Positions 1-9,251 of a DNA stretch of 64,000 nt are shown here, piece after piece. The position numbers were made by a program, and so were the translations under genes. Within the stretch, counting starts at the first letter, position 1; the number at the start of each line of letters is the position of its first letter. Where the stretch lies: positions 124,001 through 188,000 of IMG/VR virus record IMGVR_UViG_3300020202_000001; one strand, written 5' to 3'. The notes under the pieces were generated by a model that saw only the letters and a list, made by a program, of their open reading frames with translations, was not told the origin of the DNA and did not search any database.

Positions 1-17
1 GCTGAAGTGAGGGCCGC

Positions 18-776
18 ATGCCCCTGCCCGCACTGGACGCCGTCGACCGCGAGTTCCGCCGCCCACTACACTCGTTCTTCGCGAGGCGGGTGGGCGGCGG
101 CAACGCGGACGACGCGGTGCAAGACACGCTCCTGCAGCTCCACCGGATCGCAGACCGGTACGACCCCGCGGTCCCGCTGAGCAAGTGGGTCTTCGGGGTC
201 GCCAAGAACATCGCGAAGCGGGTCAACCGCTCGCGCGGAAGGCACTACATGGCCAGCATCAACGGAAACGGAAACCCCAACAGCGACAGGACCGGCGTCA
301 TCGACCCGGTCGACGAGAAGGTGCGGTCGCCGCACGACAACACGATCGCCGAGGAGCTGAAGGCGAAGATCCGCGCCGTCATCCACCAGCTGCCCGACGA
401 CATGCAGAACGTGGTGAACCTCCACCTGCTGCAGGGGTTCTCGCAGAAGGAGACGGCGAAGCGGCTGAAGTGGGGCGACACGAAGGTCTACAACACGATG
501 AAGAAGGCCCGGCCGCTGCTCGCCGAGCGGTTCCAGGTCGAGCTGCCCGAGACGTGGCAGGCCCGGGTCCGGGCGGGGGCCAAGGCGCGGCGAGGTCGGG
601 CGGCGGCGACGCCCCCGCCGAGGTCGCACAAGAAGGGCGGCCGCGTCGCGGCCCTGCTCGCGAGCGTGCCGCCACCGCCGCTCCCCGCCGCCGGCCCGCT
701 CCCGGTGCCGACGATGGTGAGCACCCTGAAGGAGATCGCCCACCACGCCGCGGCGCTGGCGAGGCTGTTGGAGTAG
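18..776 (+). CDS. ECF-type sigma70 RNA polymerase sigma factor with basic/Pro-rich C-terminal tail
   Basis: Region 2 motif (LHSFFARRV..ADDAVQDTLLQL..YDP..LSKWVFGVAKN) and region 4 HTH (IHQLPDDMQNVVNLHLLQGFSQKETAKRL..KVYNTMKKAR); RBS GAGGG upstream. Confidence 0.85.
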   Translation: MPLPALDAVDREFRRPLHSFFARRVGGGNADDAVQDTLLQLHRIADRYDPAVPLSKWVFGVAKNIAKRVNRSRGRHYMASINGNGNPNSDRTGVIDPVDEKVRSPHDNTIAEELKAKIRAVIHQLPDDMQNVVNLHLLQGFSQKETAKRLKWGDTKVYNTMKKARPLLAERFQVELPETWQARVRAGAKARRGRAAATPPPRSHKKGGRVAALLASVPPPPLPAAGPLPVPTMVSTLKEIAHHAAALARLLE

Positions 777-780
777 CCGC

Positions 781-1320
781 ATGCCCGACCTCCCCGCCAT
801 CGACAGCTGGGTGCGCGTCCAGACGCCCTACCGGGGCATCTGGGAGGGTCGCGTCACGCGGCACGCACGCGCGCCCGGCTGTTTCTTCTTCATGCCGAAG
901 CGGATCAACAACCAAGACCTACCGGCGGGGCACTACGAGAGCCTGAACGAAGCCAGGGCCTTCGCCGTCGACATCGTCGAGGAGAAGGACCTCCCGTGGC
1001 TCCAGCCGGCCCCGCCGCCGGAGGAGGACGAGCCGGTCCCGCCGATCGAGGTGCCGGAGCCGGCGAGGCTGTGGAACGCCCAGAGCCACACGAAGAGCAC
1101 GCCCAGCCCGAAGCGGAAGGTCGTGCCCCGGCACCCGGTCGTCGTGGACGCCGGCGAGGACCCGCCCAAGCCAGTCGAGGCGGTGATCCCGCCGGAACTC
1201 AAGGCTGAAGAGCCGCCGCCGGCACCGCAGAAGCGGGCGAGGCGTCGGATCGACGACCTGCACGAAGGCCCAACCGATGGCCAAGACGAAACAGGGCCAC
1301 AAGGCCCGTCCAATCCGTAA
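781..1320 (+). CDS. hypothetical protein (beta-rich N-terminus, Pro/Glu-rich tail)
   Basis: Genome-typical codon frame, GGAG RBS, follows sigma gene. Confidence 0.7.
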   Translation: MPDLPAIDSWVRVQTPYRGIWEGRVTRHARAPGCFFFMPKRINNQDLPAGHYESLNEARAFAVDIVEEKDLPWLQPAPPPEEDEPVPPIEVPEPARLWNAQSHTKSTPSPKRKVVPRHPVVVDAGEDPPKPVEAVIPPELKAEEPPPAPQKRARRRIDDLHEGPTDGQDETGPQGPSNP

Positions 1321-3079
1321 ACCCAGCAAGCCCCTCCCGATCCCCAAGGTCAACGCGCTGCGTCAGGCCCTGGCGACGCCGGCGTGGGGCAAGTACCGCA
1401 ACGTGACGTTCCGCGACGTGGTCAAGGTCGACCTGGCGTGGATTCACTGGCTGTACCGCCAGAAGCGGACGCTCGGCGAGATCCGCGACCCGAGCTTCCT
1501 GACGCTCGCGCTGATCTGCAAGCACTACCCGCTCGGCGTCGACGACGAGGCGGAGCGGGAGCTGGCCAAGGGCAAGCTGCTGGCCGAGGAGCCGGGCGAC
1601 GAGTCCCGCGACGAGGACGACGTCGACGAGGGCAGCCTGCCCGGCGAGAACGGCGACGACGACGAGGAGGATGACGACGACTTCGACGAGTCCGAGGACG
1701 ACGACGAAGACGACGACGACGAGGACGACGTGCCGATCACGACGGCCGCCTCGCCGGGCCGCCGCCCGCCCCCGCCGCACGACCCGGTCGCCGAAGCGAT
1801 GCAGGCGAAGATCGCCCTGGTGCAGGGCTGCTTCATGTACGGCGTCGACTCCGACCTCCGCGACGAGCTGGACGTGCTGCGGGAGTTCACCAAGCTCCGG
1901 CTCGTGTTCCTCCGGCCCGGCAACGACCCGCCCGGCGTGGTGCGGGGGACGAAGACGCGGGTGGCCGTGCTCGACATGCCCGGGTACCTGTGCTTCCTGC
2001 CCGACGACATCCGCAGCTTCCTCAAGAGCAAGAAGCGCGGGCTGATGCTCCCGTACCCGTACCCGGTGCAGGCGCTGCGGCGGTATTCCGAGACGGTCAA
2101 GCCGCTGCCCGTCGACGCCCACGTCGTGAAGTGGCCGAGCGTCGAGGACCTGGCGATCGCCGCCCGGGCCTCCGACGAGTCGCTCGACATCCTGGAGACG
2201 CAGCGCGGGGCGTGGCAGGACGGGTACACGGACAGCGACGTGACCGCCATGCTCCGCATCCTGTCCAAGCACTACCCCGACCTCCCGCTCGGGATGGTGT
2301 GGGGCGAGCGGCGGAACGGGATGTGCATGGGCGAGAGCGAGTTGTTCTGCATCGAACCGGACGGCACGCTGAGCCACGCGCCCGACTCGATCTTCGAGTT
2401 CCTCCACCACGCCCCGCAGACCAACGACGCCGTGCTGCCCACCCGGGAGGAGGTCAAGAACTTCTTGGCCGCCCGCCGCGTGACGCAGCACGGCCGGGCG
2501 AAGCCGATCTACGTCGGCGACTACAACTACGTCTGGGTCGACAACGACGCCAGGCAGGAAGAGATCGACCATGGCCAAGGTCCACGCGTGCCCGAAGTGT
2601 GGGTTCCCGTCGCAGCCCTCGCTGGACGTGAGGATGCCGGAGAACCAGGGCAAGACGTACTGCAAACACTGCCTGCAGGTCCCGCCGCCGTCGAAGGCGA
2701 CGCCGATCGACCTGAGCCAGTACACCCTGCAGCCGACGACGTCGAAGTGCGGCCACTGCAGGAGCCCGGTGTTCCTGCTGTGTGCCCGCGAGACGGCACC
2801 GCTGTCGGCGGGGGAGATGCCGATGTTCTACCTGTGCCCGACGTGCGGGAAGATCGTGCGGTCGGGGCAGGTGGAGCCGGTGAGCCCGCCGGAGGTGAAC
2901 CGGTCGCCGGTGGCGGCGGCAGCGGCGACGGTGGAGGACCTGGTGCCGACGACGTCCTCGACTACGACGAGGCGAGGGACGGCGAGAAGTGGGAAGGGTT
3001 CCGCCGGTTCGAGGGCGGCCACGTCCTCGACTCCCGTGGCTACGACCAAGACGGAACCCGCAAGCAATACTGGGACTGA
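1277..3079 (+). CDS. hypothetical protein with N-terminal WGKY..WIHWL (DUF3820/exonuclease X C-terminal-like) motif and acidic tract
   Basis: PAWGKYRNVTFRDVVKVDLAWIHWL resembles the FGKY-G..Y..WL motif; Asp/Glu tract; last 509 nt overlap the next gene. Confidence 0.65.
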   Translation: MAKTKQGHKARPIRKPSKPLPIPKVNALRQALATPAWGKYRNVTFRDVVKVDLAWIHWLYRQKRTLGEIRDPSFLTLALICKHYPLGVDDEAERELAKGKLLAEEPGDESRDEDDVDEGSLPGENGDDDEEDDDDFDESEDDDEDDDDEDDVPITTAASPGRRPPPPHDPVAEAMQAKIALVQGCFMYGVDSDLRDELDVLREFTKLRLVFLRPGNDPPGVVRGTKTRVAVLDMPGYLCFLPDDIRSFLKSKKRGLMLPYPYPVQALRRYSETVKPLPVDAHVVKWPSVEDLAIAARASDESLDILETQRGAWQDGYTDSDVTAMLRILSKHYPDLPLGMVWGERRNGMCMGESELFCIEPDGTLSHAPDSIFEFLHHAPQTNDAVLPTREEVKNFLAARRVTQHGRAKPIYVGDYNYVWVDNDARQEEIDHGQGPRVPEVWVPVAALAGREDAGEPGQDVLQTLPAGPAAVEGDADRPEPVHPAADDVEVRPLQEPGVPAVCPRDGTAVGGGDADVLPVPDVREDRAVGAGGAGEPAGGEPVAGGGGSGDGGGPGADDVLDYDEARDGEKWEGFRRFEGGHVLDSRGYDQDGTRKQYWD

Positions 3080-3281
3080 CCAGTGGTACCAGGTCTCGAT
3101 GACTGCCACCGCGTACGTGCAGGGCAAGGTGGTCGTCGCCGCCAAGGACTCGGCCCAGGCCGAGGAGAAGGCGAAGGCCGAGCCGGGCAACGTCGAGTGG
3201 AAGTACGACGGCCTGCACGACGACGCCGCCCCCAGCGTCGACGACGTCCGCCTCGTCTCCGAGGTCCTGAGTCGACAGTAG
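2571..3281 (+). CDS. zinc-ribbon protein (four CxxC pairs)
   Basis: CPKC, CKHC, CGHC, CPTC; RBS AGGA/GAG before ATG 2571. Confidence 0.7.
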   Translation: MAKVHACPKCGFPSQPSLDVRMPENQGKTYCKHCLQVPPPSKATPIDLSQYTLQPTTSKCGHCRSPVFLLCARETAPLSAGEMPMFYLCPTCGKIVRSGQVEPVSPPEVNRSPVAAAAATVEDLVPTTSSTTTRRGTARSGKGSAGSRAATSSTPVATTKTEPASNTGTDQWYQVSMTATAYVQGKVVVAAKDSAQAEEKAKAEPGNVEWKYDGLHDDAAPSVDDVRLVSEVLSRQ

Positions 3282-3383
3282 AATCGTCCCCCGAACGTGT
3301 GTAAGCTCCCCTTGAATCGTTTCCCTGACCACGGGCGTCGGTGAGTGTCACACCACGCCCCAGTCCGACCAGAAGGAGGCCAC

Positions 3384-5039
3384 ATGGCCCGCAAGTCCGC
3401 TTCGAGCGTCGCTGTCTCCGCCACCACCACGACCGCCCTGCCGCGCGGCACCAAGCCCGCCCTCGCCAGCCGCACCGAGGCCGACGAGCAGTACGACGTG
3501 TTCGAGAACAAGGTCCGCATGGCGGTCGGCAAGCTGACCGGCCCGCTGTTCACCACGGACATCGACCCCGACGTCCTGTGGAACCTGTACCTCGACAACC
3601 TGCCCTCGAACCGCCAGCACTACGTCTGCAACGGGTGCCGCCGGTTCATCCAGCGGTACACCGGGCTCGTCTCGATCGACGAGGCCGGCAACCCGACGCC
3701 CGCCATCTGGGGCCAGATCTCCGCGCCGAAGTTCTTCGCCGAGGCCGTCGACGCGATGTACTGCGCGGTCGGCAAGGCGAAGGTCAACGGCGTGTTCCTC
3801 CCGACCGAGGCCGTCTGGGGCCAGCCGAAGGACGGGCAGTGGACCCACCTGTCCGGCCGCTACACCGGCGAGCTGGCCGTGCAGAAGGGGCTGACGACCC
3901 CGGACCAGCAGATGGCCCAGCTGAAGGAGGACTTCGGCATGATCCAGCGGGCGCTGGCGAACTACTCGGCCGACATCGCCGGCCAGGCGCTGCGGTTCCT
4001 GAAGTCCGACACGCTCGCCCGGTCCGAGAAGGCCCTCGGCGTCGCCCAGTGGTTCGTCGACCTCCACGCCAACGTGGCCGGGGCGACGAAGCGGAACCGC
4101 GACAACGTGATCTGGCTGGCGGCCGCCACGGCCCCGGTCGGGTTCGCCCACGTCAACGCCGGGCTGATCTCCACGCTGCTCGACGATCTGCTGGCGGGCC
4201 TCCCGCACGCGGACATCAAGCGGAAGTGGGCCGAGAAGGTCGACGGGATCAACTACATGCGGCCGAAGGCGGCCCCGAAGGCCGGCACGATCGCCCGGGC
4301 CGAGGCGCTGGTCGAGGAGATGGGCCTCAAGCGGTCGCTCGACCGCCGGTTCGCCACGCTCGACGACGTCCTGAAGAAGGACTGGGAGCCGCGGACGATC
4401 AAGCCCCGCAAGCCGGCCCCGACCGGCGGCGTGTTCGGTCACCTGCAGCCGCCCTCGGCCTCGAAGGCGGTGCACAACCGCGACATCAGCGGCGGGACGA
4501 TGACCTGGGCGAAGTTCGAGCGGACGGTGCTGCCCGAGGCGCTGTCGATCGAGATCTCGTGCCCGGCGAGCGGCAACTACTTCGGCACGACGACCGCCAC
4601 CTACCGCACGGCCCCGCCCCTGCTGCAGTGGGACGGGCTGGACGGCCAGGAGCGGAACCCGGTGTCGATGTACGTCTACCACGGCGGCTCGACGGCCCGG
4701 CAGTGGGGCCTGTCGCCGGGGTGGAACAAGGTGACGGCGATCTTCCGCGGCCCGCAGGCGTGGCAGCGGCCGGACCTGTTCAAGAACCAGGGCACCGGCA
4801 TCCACTTCTCGATCGAGGGCTGCCGCGACTCCCGGAACGCCGGGCTCGCGATCTTCCCCGAGACGCTGCGGTCGGAGCTGCACGAGGTGCGGGCCGTGAT
4901 CGAGGCCCACAGCAAGAGCGGCACGCTCAAGCACCCGGAGAAGGGGACCGCGAACGGCCTGGCGTTCTCGGCCAACACCCAGCTGCGAGTCACCACGGCT
5001 GACGGCCGGGCGACGTACGTGATCGACCGCATGGACTAG
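3384..5039 (+). CDS. conserved phage protein of unknown function
   Basis: Strong RBS AAGGAGG before ATG 3384; LYLDNLP..RQHYVCNGCRRFI..GLVSID motif recognisable from many phage hypothetical proteins. Confidence 0.8.
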   Translation: MARKSASSVAVSATTTTALPRGTKPALASRTEADEQYDVFENKVRMAVGKLTGPLFTTDIDPDVLWNLYLDNLPSNRQHYVCNGCRRFIQRYTGLVSIDEAGNPTPAIWGQISAPKFFAEAVDAMYCAVGKAKVNGVFLPTEAVWGQPKDGQWTHLSGRYTGELAVQKGLTTPDQQMAQLKEDFGMIQRALANYSADIAGQALRFLKSDTLARSEKALGVAQWFVDLHANVAGATKRNRDNVIWLAAATAPVGFAHVNAGLISTLLDDLLAGLPHADIKRKWAEKVDGINYMRPKAAPKAGTIARAEALVEEMGLKRSLDRRFATLDDVLKKDWEPRTIKPRKPAPTGGVFGHLQPPSASKAVHNRDISGGTMTWAKFERTVLPEALSIEISCPASGNYFGTTTATYRTAPPLLQWDGLDGQERNPVSMYVYHGGSTARQWGLSPGWNKVTAIFRGPQAWQRPDLFKNQGTGIHFSIEGCRDSRNAGLAIFPETLRSELHEVRAVIEAHSKSGTLKHPEKGTANGLAFSANTQLRVTTADGRATYVIDRMD

Positions 5040-5060
5040 GCGGCGATCGGAAGGTTCTGA

Positions 5061-5099
5061 CACGAGAGGCCCCGGGGCGACCCGGGGCCTCTCTTCGTG
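5061..5099 (+). terminator. GC-rich hairpin, probable intrinsic terminator
   Basis: GAGAGGCCCCGGG-GCGA-CCCGGGGCCTCTC 13-bp stem with GNRA loop. Confidence 0.7.
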
Positions 5100-5112
5100 A
5101 AGGGTCCGACAC

Positions 5113-6102
5113 ATGATTACACCCGTTCAAGCGCACGCGGCGATCCGGGAGGCGGCCGGGCCGGCGTGCAAGCAGATCAACGCCATGGCGCGCCGGGACA
5201 TGCTGACCCGGGGCGGCCGGCTCGGCAGCGGTCTCGCGACGACGCTGGAGTACCTGTGGGGGACGCACGTCAGCCGGCACCTCCGCGCCCGGTTCGAGGG
5301 CGACGACGCCTGCGAGCTGGGCTGGATCGCCGGCGACCAGTACAACGACTACGCCCTCGTCTCCTCGGACGGCTACTGGGACCAGGCGACGCGGGGCGGC
5401 GAGCTGCTGCGGGTCGAGGTGAAGTCCATGCGGGCGTCCGCCGAGGAGCCCAAGGCACACTTCGACCAGCTGGTACGCGAGCTGACGGAGCACGACCTAC
5501 TGCTCGTGCTCGTCTGGGACTGGACCCCGGCCGCCTGCGGTCGGGCGTACCCGGAGATCCGCGACCACTTCCTCGGGGCCGCGGTGCCCGTCGCGCGGCT
5601 GCGGGACGCCCTGCACGAGGCGAGGGGCGGGACGTTCGTGGACGCGGCCCGGTGCCCCGACTGCCGCGACCCGGCGGTCTGCCGCCACCACGGCGAGCCG
5701 CTGAACGCGGCGGGCCGGCGGGAGCGGTCCACCGGGCCGGACGCGTGCCGGTCGAACCTGTCGACCAGCGCGGCCAACTTCGGCGGCATGCTGCGGATGC
5801 TCAGGACCGAAACGGAGCCGGCCCGGGCGGTGTTCCGCCACTTCGAGGTCACCGAGCCGGTCGCGGCGGCGTACATCGAGTTCGTGCACCGCAACTTCTC
5901 GGCCGAGGAGTTCAACCAGTACACGCTGGACGAGTGGCGGGAGCTGTGGCGGCGGATGGGCCAGCCCGAGATCGAGCGGAGCCTGAGCAAGCACCAGATC
6001 GCCGCCCAGCTCCGCGACGTGTACCCCGACCTCTACCGGAAGGAGCTTCGGCGGCTCCTCGCCGGCGAGGCGGGCGTCGCCCGCGGGCGGAGCTGGGACT
6101 GA
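5113..6102 (+). CDS. putative PD-(D/E)xK (restriction-like) endonuclease
   Basis: YNDYALV...LLRVEVKS catalytic-like motif, AHFD and LLLVLVW strands, Cys cluster CPDC..C..H. Confidence 0.55.
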   Translation: MITPVQAHAAIREAAGPACKQINAMARRDMLTRGGRLGSGLATTLEYLWGTHVSRHLRARFEGDDACELGWIAGDQYNDYALVSSDGYWDQATRGGELLRVEVKSMRASAEEPKAHFDQLVRELTEHDLLLVLVWDWTPAACGRAYPEIRDHFLGAAVPVARLRDALHEARGGTFVDAARCPDCRDPAVCRHHGEPLNAAGRRERSTGPDACRSNLSTSAANFGGMLRMLRTETEPARAVFRHFEVTEPVAAAYIEFVHRNFSAEEFNQYTLDEWRELWRRMGQPEIERSLSKHQIAAQLRDVYPDLYRKELRRLLAGEAGVARGRSWD

Positions 6103-6110
6103 GCCGGAAC

Positions 6111-6150
6111 GAAAGAGGCCCCGGCGTCGGTGCCGGGGCCTCTCGCTTTC
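6111..6150. terminator. hairpin between convergent genes (probable bidirectional terminator)
   Basis: AGAGGCCCCGGC-GTCGGT-GCCGGGGCCTCT. Confidence 0.7.
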
Positions 6151-6167
6151 AAAAACCGGTTTTGAGA
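6148..6167 (+). repeat. dispersed 20-bp quasi-palindrome, copy 1 (TTCAAAAACCGGTTTTGAGA)
   Basis: Read directly; lies between convergent stop codons. Confidence 0.95.
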
Positions 6168-7340
6168 TCAGTAGCCCATCGCGATCGGTTCGAGGGCGGC
6201 CGCGCCGCGGAGCCCGTACCGGTCGCCGGCGGTCTTGTTGTGGATCGGCGGCACGCCGGCCTCGGTCAGCAGCTGCTCGAACAGGGCGGCGTCGTCGCGG
6301 GGCATCGTCTCGGCCAGCTCGGCCAGCTTCTCGACGTCGACCTCCAGCCCGGCCTGGACCTCCTTGGCGAAGTCGGCACCCATCAGGGCGGCGATGTCGT
6401 CGAGGGCGATCTTCTTGAACGCCTGGCGGTCGTACACCTTGCCGGTGCTCAGGGCACAGGCGGAGCCGATGCCCGCCGTGGCCTCCTTGTACGTGACCCG
6501 GAAGATCACGTCCTCGGGCCGCTGGATCGTGTCCGTGTACCGGCCGACGAGGTTCAGCGTGCGGTCGACGTCGTCCATCACCTCGGCCAGCTTCACGAGC
6601 TGGGCGGGCTGCAGCGCGAACCGGGGCGACTGCTGGATCGTGTTAGCGAGGGAGATGATCTGGTCCCGCTGGGCGGCGGCCTTCGTGAGGTGGGCTCGCT
6701 GGCGGATCATCGCCACGACCTCCTTCGGCTCGCAGACGCCCTGCCCGGCCTGCCGCTCGACGAACAGCTCCAGGTCGGTGCCGAGCCCGACGCCGAAGTG
6801 GGCCGCCTTCTCCAGGATCTTCCCGGCGATGACGTTCCGGTCGGCGTACGGCATCGTGTCCCGGTACTCCAGCAGCCACTCGGCGGCGGCCTTGGTCTCG
6901 GCGGCGGACTTCATGCGGCAGAACCGCTGCTTGGTTCCGTCCTCGCCGACCCAGACGTAGCCGAAGTCGGAGTCCGGCAGGCGGTCCTCCGCGTTCTTGT
7001 ACAGCTCGTCGTACCGGGCGTCGATCGCGTCGACCGCGGCCTTCAGGCCCCAGTAGTTCACCAGCCCGTCGAGCCGCTGCTTGACCTTGGCGGCGATCTT
7101 CGGGTGGTACTCCGCCGACTTCTCCTTGAAGTAAAGGGCGGAGAACCAGGTGGACGCGGCGTTGTGACACGGGTACAACTTGTTCACCGGGTCGGCGTAC
7201 GCGCTCGGCGCAACCCCTTCCGGGAAAAGGTCATCGGCCGAAGCCTGCTTGGCGAAGTCAGGGAAGGCGTAAAGCAGCGACAGGCGGTTGAGTTCCGCCC
7301 CGTTGGTGTCGCTGGCGAGATCAAGGATGGTCTCCGACAT
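6168..7340 (-). CDS. probable virion/head-associated protein with two A.P..K.YP-type repeats
   Basis: RBS AGGAG before ATG 7340; motifs AYADPVNKLYPCHNAASTWFSALYF and DSDFGYV..RFCRMKSAAETKAAAEWL; many K-x-A motifs; same strand as terminase. Confidence 0.55.
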   Translation of the reverse strand: MSETILDLASDTNGAELNRLSLLYAFPDFAKQASADDLFPEGVAPSAYADPVNKLYPCHNAASTWFSALYFKEKSAEYHPKIAAKVKQRLDGLVNYWGLKAAVDAIDARYDELYKNAEDRLPDSDFGYVWVGEDGTKQRFCRMKSAAETKAAAEWLLEYRDTMPYADRNVIAGKILEKAAHFGVGLGTDLELFVERQAGQGVCEPKEVVAMIRQRAHLTKAAAQRDQIISLANTIQQSPRFALQPAQLVKLAEVMDDVDRTLNLVGRYTDTIQRPEDVIFRVTYKEATAGIGSACALSTGKVYDRQAFKKIALDDIAALMGADFAKEVQAGLEVDVEKLAELAETMPRDDAALFEQLLTEAGVPPIHNKTAGDRYGLRGAAALEPIAMGY

Positions 7341-9021
7341 GAGTGCTCCTCGTACCAGTTTGAACGTCCGTGTCCCTTGGGACGGGGTCTGTGCGGCGCT
7401 GGGGGTTCCGTTCCCCGGCATGGCCCTACCGCTCCGAACGACGTGCCCGCTCTGCGGCCGGCACGCCCTCGACCTGTTCAATGATAACATCTCGGGGGGT
7501 CAGTGGCACCACTGCGCCGAGTGCCGGTCCGCCGGGGACATGATCGAGCTGGCGTCGGCGAGCTGGGGGTGCGAGCCGGGGACCGCCCTGGCGAGGCTCT
7601 CCGAGGCCGGCGTGCAGCTCCCGCCCGAGTGCGGCGACCCGGCCGAGGTGTCCGCGTACGTCGACCGCTACCCCGCCTACCGCCGCCGGATGGCCGACCT
7701 CTGGGCCGCCGCCAAGGCGAACCTCCCGCAGAGCCGCTCCTCCGACGTCGGCAAGATCCGAACCCGCCACAACCTGAAGCTCGACGTGAGCCTGCAGCGG
7801 TGGCGGGCCGGGCCGGGCCACCTCGTCGGGTCGATCGGGTGGCGGGACGTCGAGGTCGCGTTCAACCCGTCCTCGGCCACGTCCAGCAGCGGGATGAGCA
7901 GCTACCGCGTGTTCAAGGGCAAGCACTGGGGCGAGGTGCTGACCGTCCCGTTCTACGACCTACCCGACCGCATCCGGGCGTTCATGTTCCTCGGCCGCGA
8001 GGGCCGCCCGCACCTCGACCAGGTGTTCCGCCGGCTGACGCTCGGGCAAGGGCGGGCCGACTGGTCCGAGGCGGGGCTCGCCGGGATCGAGTCCGTGGCC
8101 CTCGCCGGCGACCCGGCCAGCGTGATCGCCACCGACGACTACCTCCTCAACCTCCAGGTCCAGTTCCGCAACTTCCGCAGCTCGATGCGGTCGATCCCGA
8201 TGGTCGTGTGGCGGGACGACGGGGAGTGCCGCACCCGCACCGCCTGGTCGATCCTTGGCGGCAAGCGGGTCGTGTTCTGGGCGAGGGAAATAGACCACCG
8301 CGTCGTCATGCAGGCCGTCGAGACGGACGGCCGCATCTCGACGGCCGGGCCGGCGACGCCGACCCGGGAGGCCATGCTCCACTACCTGCGGCTCCGGCCC
8401 GGCAACGACCTCGAACGCGTCGTCCTCAAGCACGCCAAGCCGTGGGCCGAGGCCCTGCGGGCGTGGATGGCCGAAGCGCCCGAGGGCAAGGTGCAGGACC
8501 TGACGCTGCGGCTGGAGCAGGCCGGGGCGGACGTGTCGTACATCTTCCGCCAGCTCGGCGGGGACTACCACACGACCCGCGTCTCCCCAATGCGGGGCGT
8601 GCAGCTGAACGACCAACAGGTCGTCGAGCAGCACGACCGCTGGTACCTCGAAGGCAGCCGCCGGCACGGCAAGGGCCGCCGGCAGGTGTCCAACGCGACG
8701 CTGCGGCTGACGCACGCGATCAAGGACCGGGAGACCGGGACGATGCACTACCGTGGGGTCATCCGGTACAAGGGTACCGAGATCCCGTTCATCGAGAAGC
8801 TGGACACGGTCCGGCGGAAGACGGCGGAGTGGATGGCGGCGAAGATGCTCGATGCCGAGGCGGGCGTGCTCGCCGTCGGCGCGATGCGTACGAACCTCCA
8901 CCAGATCGCCGTCCTGTTTCACGAGCCCGTCTTCGTCGTCGACGACCTCTACAAGTGGGTCGAGCGGCTGAAGGCCGGCGAACAAGACCCCGCTCCGGCG
9001 GGGCAGGAAGGTCAGAGATGA
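7339..9021 (+). CDS. primase-related protein with N-terminal zinc finger
   Basis: CPLC..QWHHCAEC..GDMIELA resembles the DnaG zinc-binding domain; TOPRIM acidic motifs appear degenerate. Confidence 0.6.
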   Translation: MSAPRTSLNVRVPWDGVCAALGVPFPGMALPLRTTCPLCGRHALDLFNDNISGGQWHHCAECRSAGDMIELASASWGCEPGTALARLSEAGVQLPPECGDPAEVSAYVDRYPAYRRRMADLWAAAKANLPQSRSSDVGKIRTRHNLKLDVSLQRWRAGPGHLVGSIGWRDVEVAFNPSSATSSSGMSSYRVFKGKHWGEVLTVPFYDLPDRIRAFMFLGREGRPHLDQVFRRLTLGQGRADWSEAGLAGIESVALAGDPASVIATDDYLLNLQVQFRNFRSSMRSIPMVVWRDDGECRTRTAWSILGGKRVVFWAREIDHRVVMQAVETDGRISTAGPATPTREAMLHYLRLRPGNDLERVVLKHAKPWAEALRAWMAEAPEGKVQDLTLRLEQAGADVSYIFRQLGGDYHTTRVSPMRGVQLNDQQVVEQHDRWYLEGSRRHGKGRRQVSNATLRLTHAIKDRETGTMHYRGVIRYKGTEIPFIEKLDTVRRKTAEWMAAKMLDAEAGVLAVGAMRTNLHQIAVLFHEPVFVVDDLYKWVERLKAGEQDPAPAGQEGQR

Positions 9022-9215
9022 AGGCGACCGAGATCCTGGACAAGATCCAGGCGGAAGTGGACGCGGCCCGCGAGGACGCAACGAAGTTCGACGGCGGCAC
9101 CAACGCCGCCGGGACGCGAGTGCGGAAGCGGCTGCAGAGCATCGCGGGTTGGGGCAAGGACGGCCGCAAGCGCATCAGCGAGACCGTCGCCGAGCGGAAG
9201 GAAGCGAAGAAGTAG
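9018..9215 (+). CDS. histone H1-like nucleoid protein (Hc1 family)
   Basis: DATKFDGGTNAAGTRVRKRLQ..KDGRK matches the Hc1 signature (KF..GN.AAGTR.RK); ATGA coupling. Confidence 0.75.
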   Translation: MKATEILDKIQAEVDAAREDATKFDGGTNAAGTRVRKRLQSIAGWGKDGRKRISETVAERKEAKK

Positions 9216-9251
9216 TTCGCGGCCGCGACGACATGGACATCCGCCAGGTAA

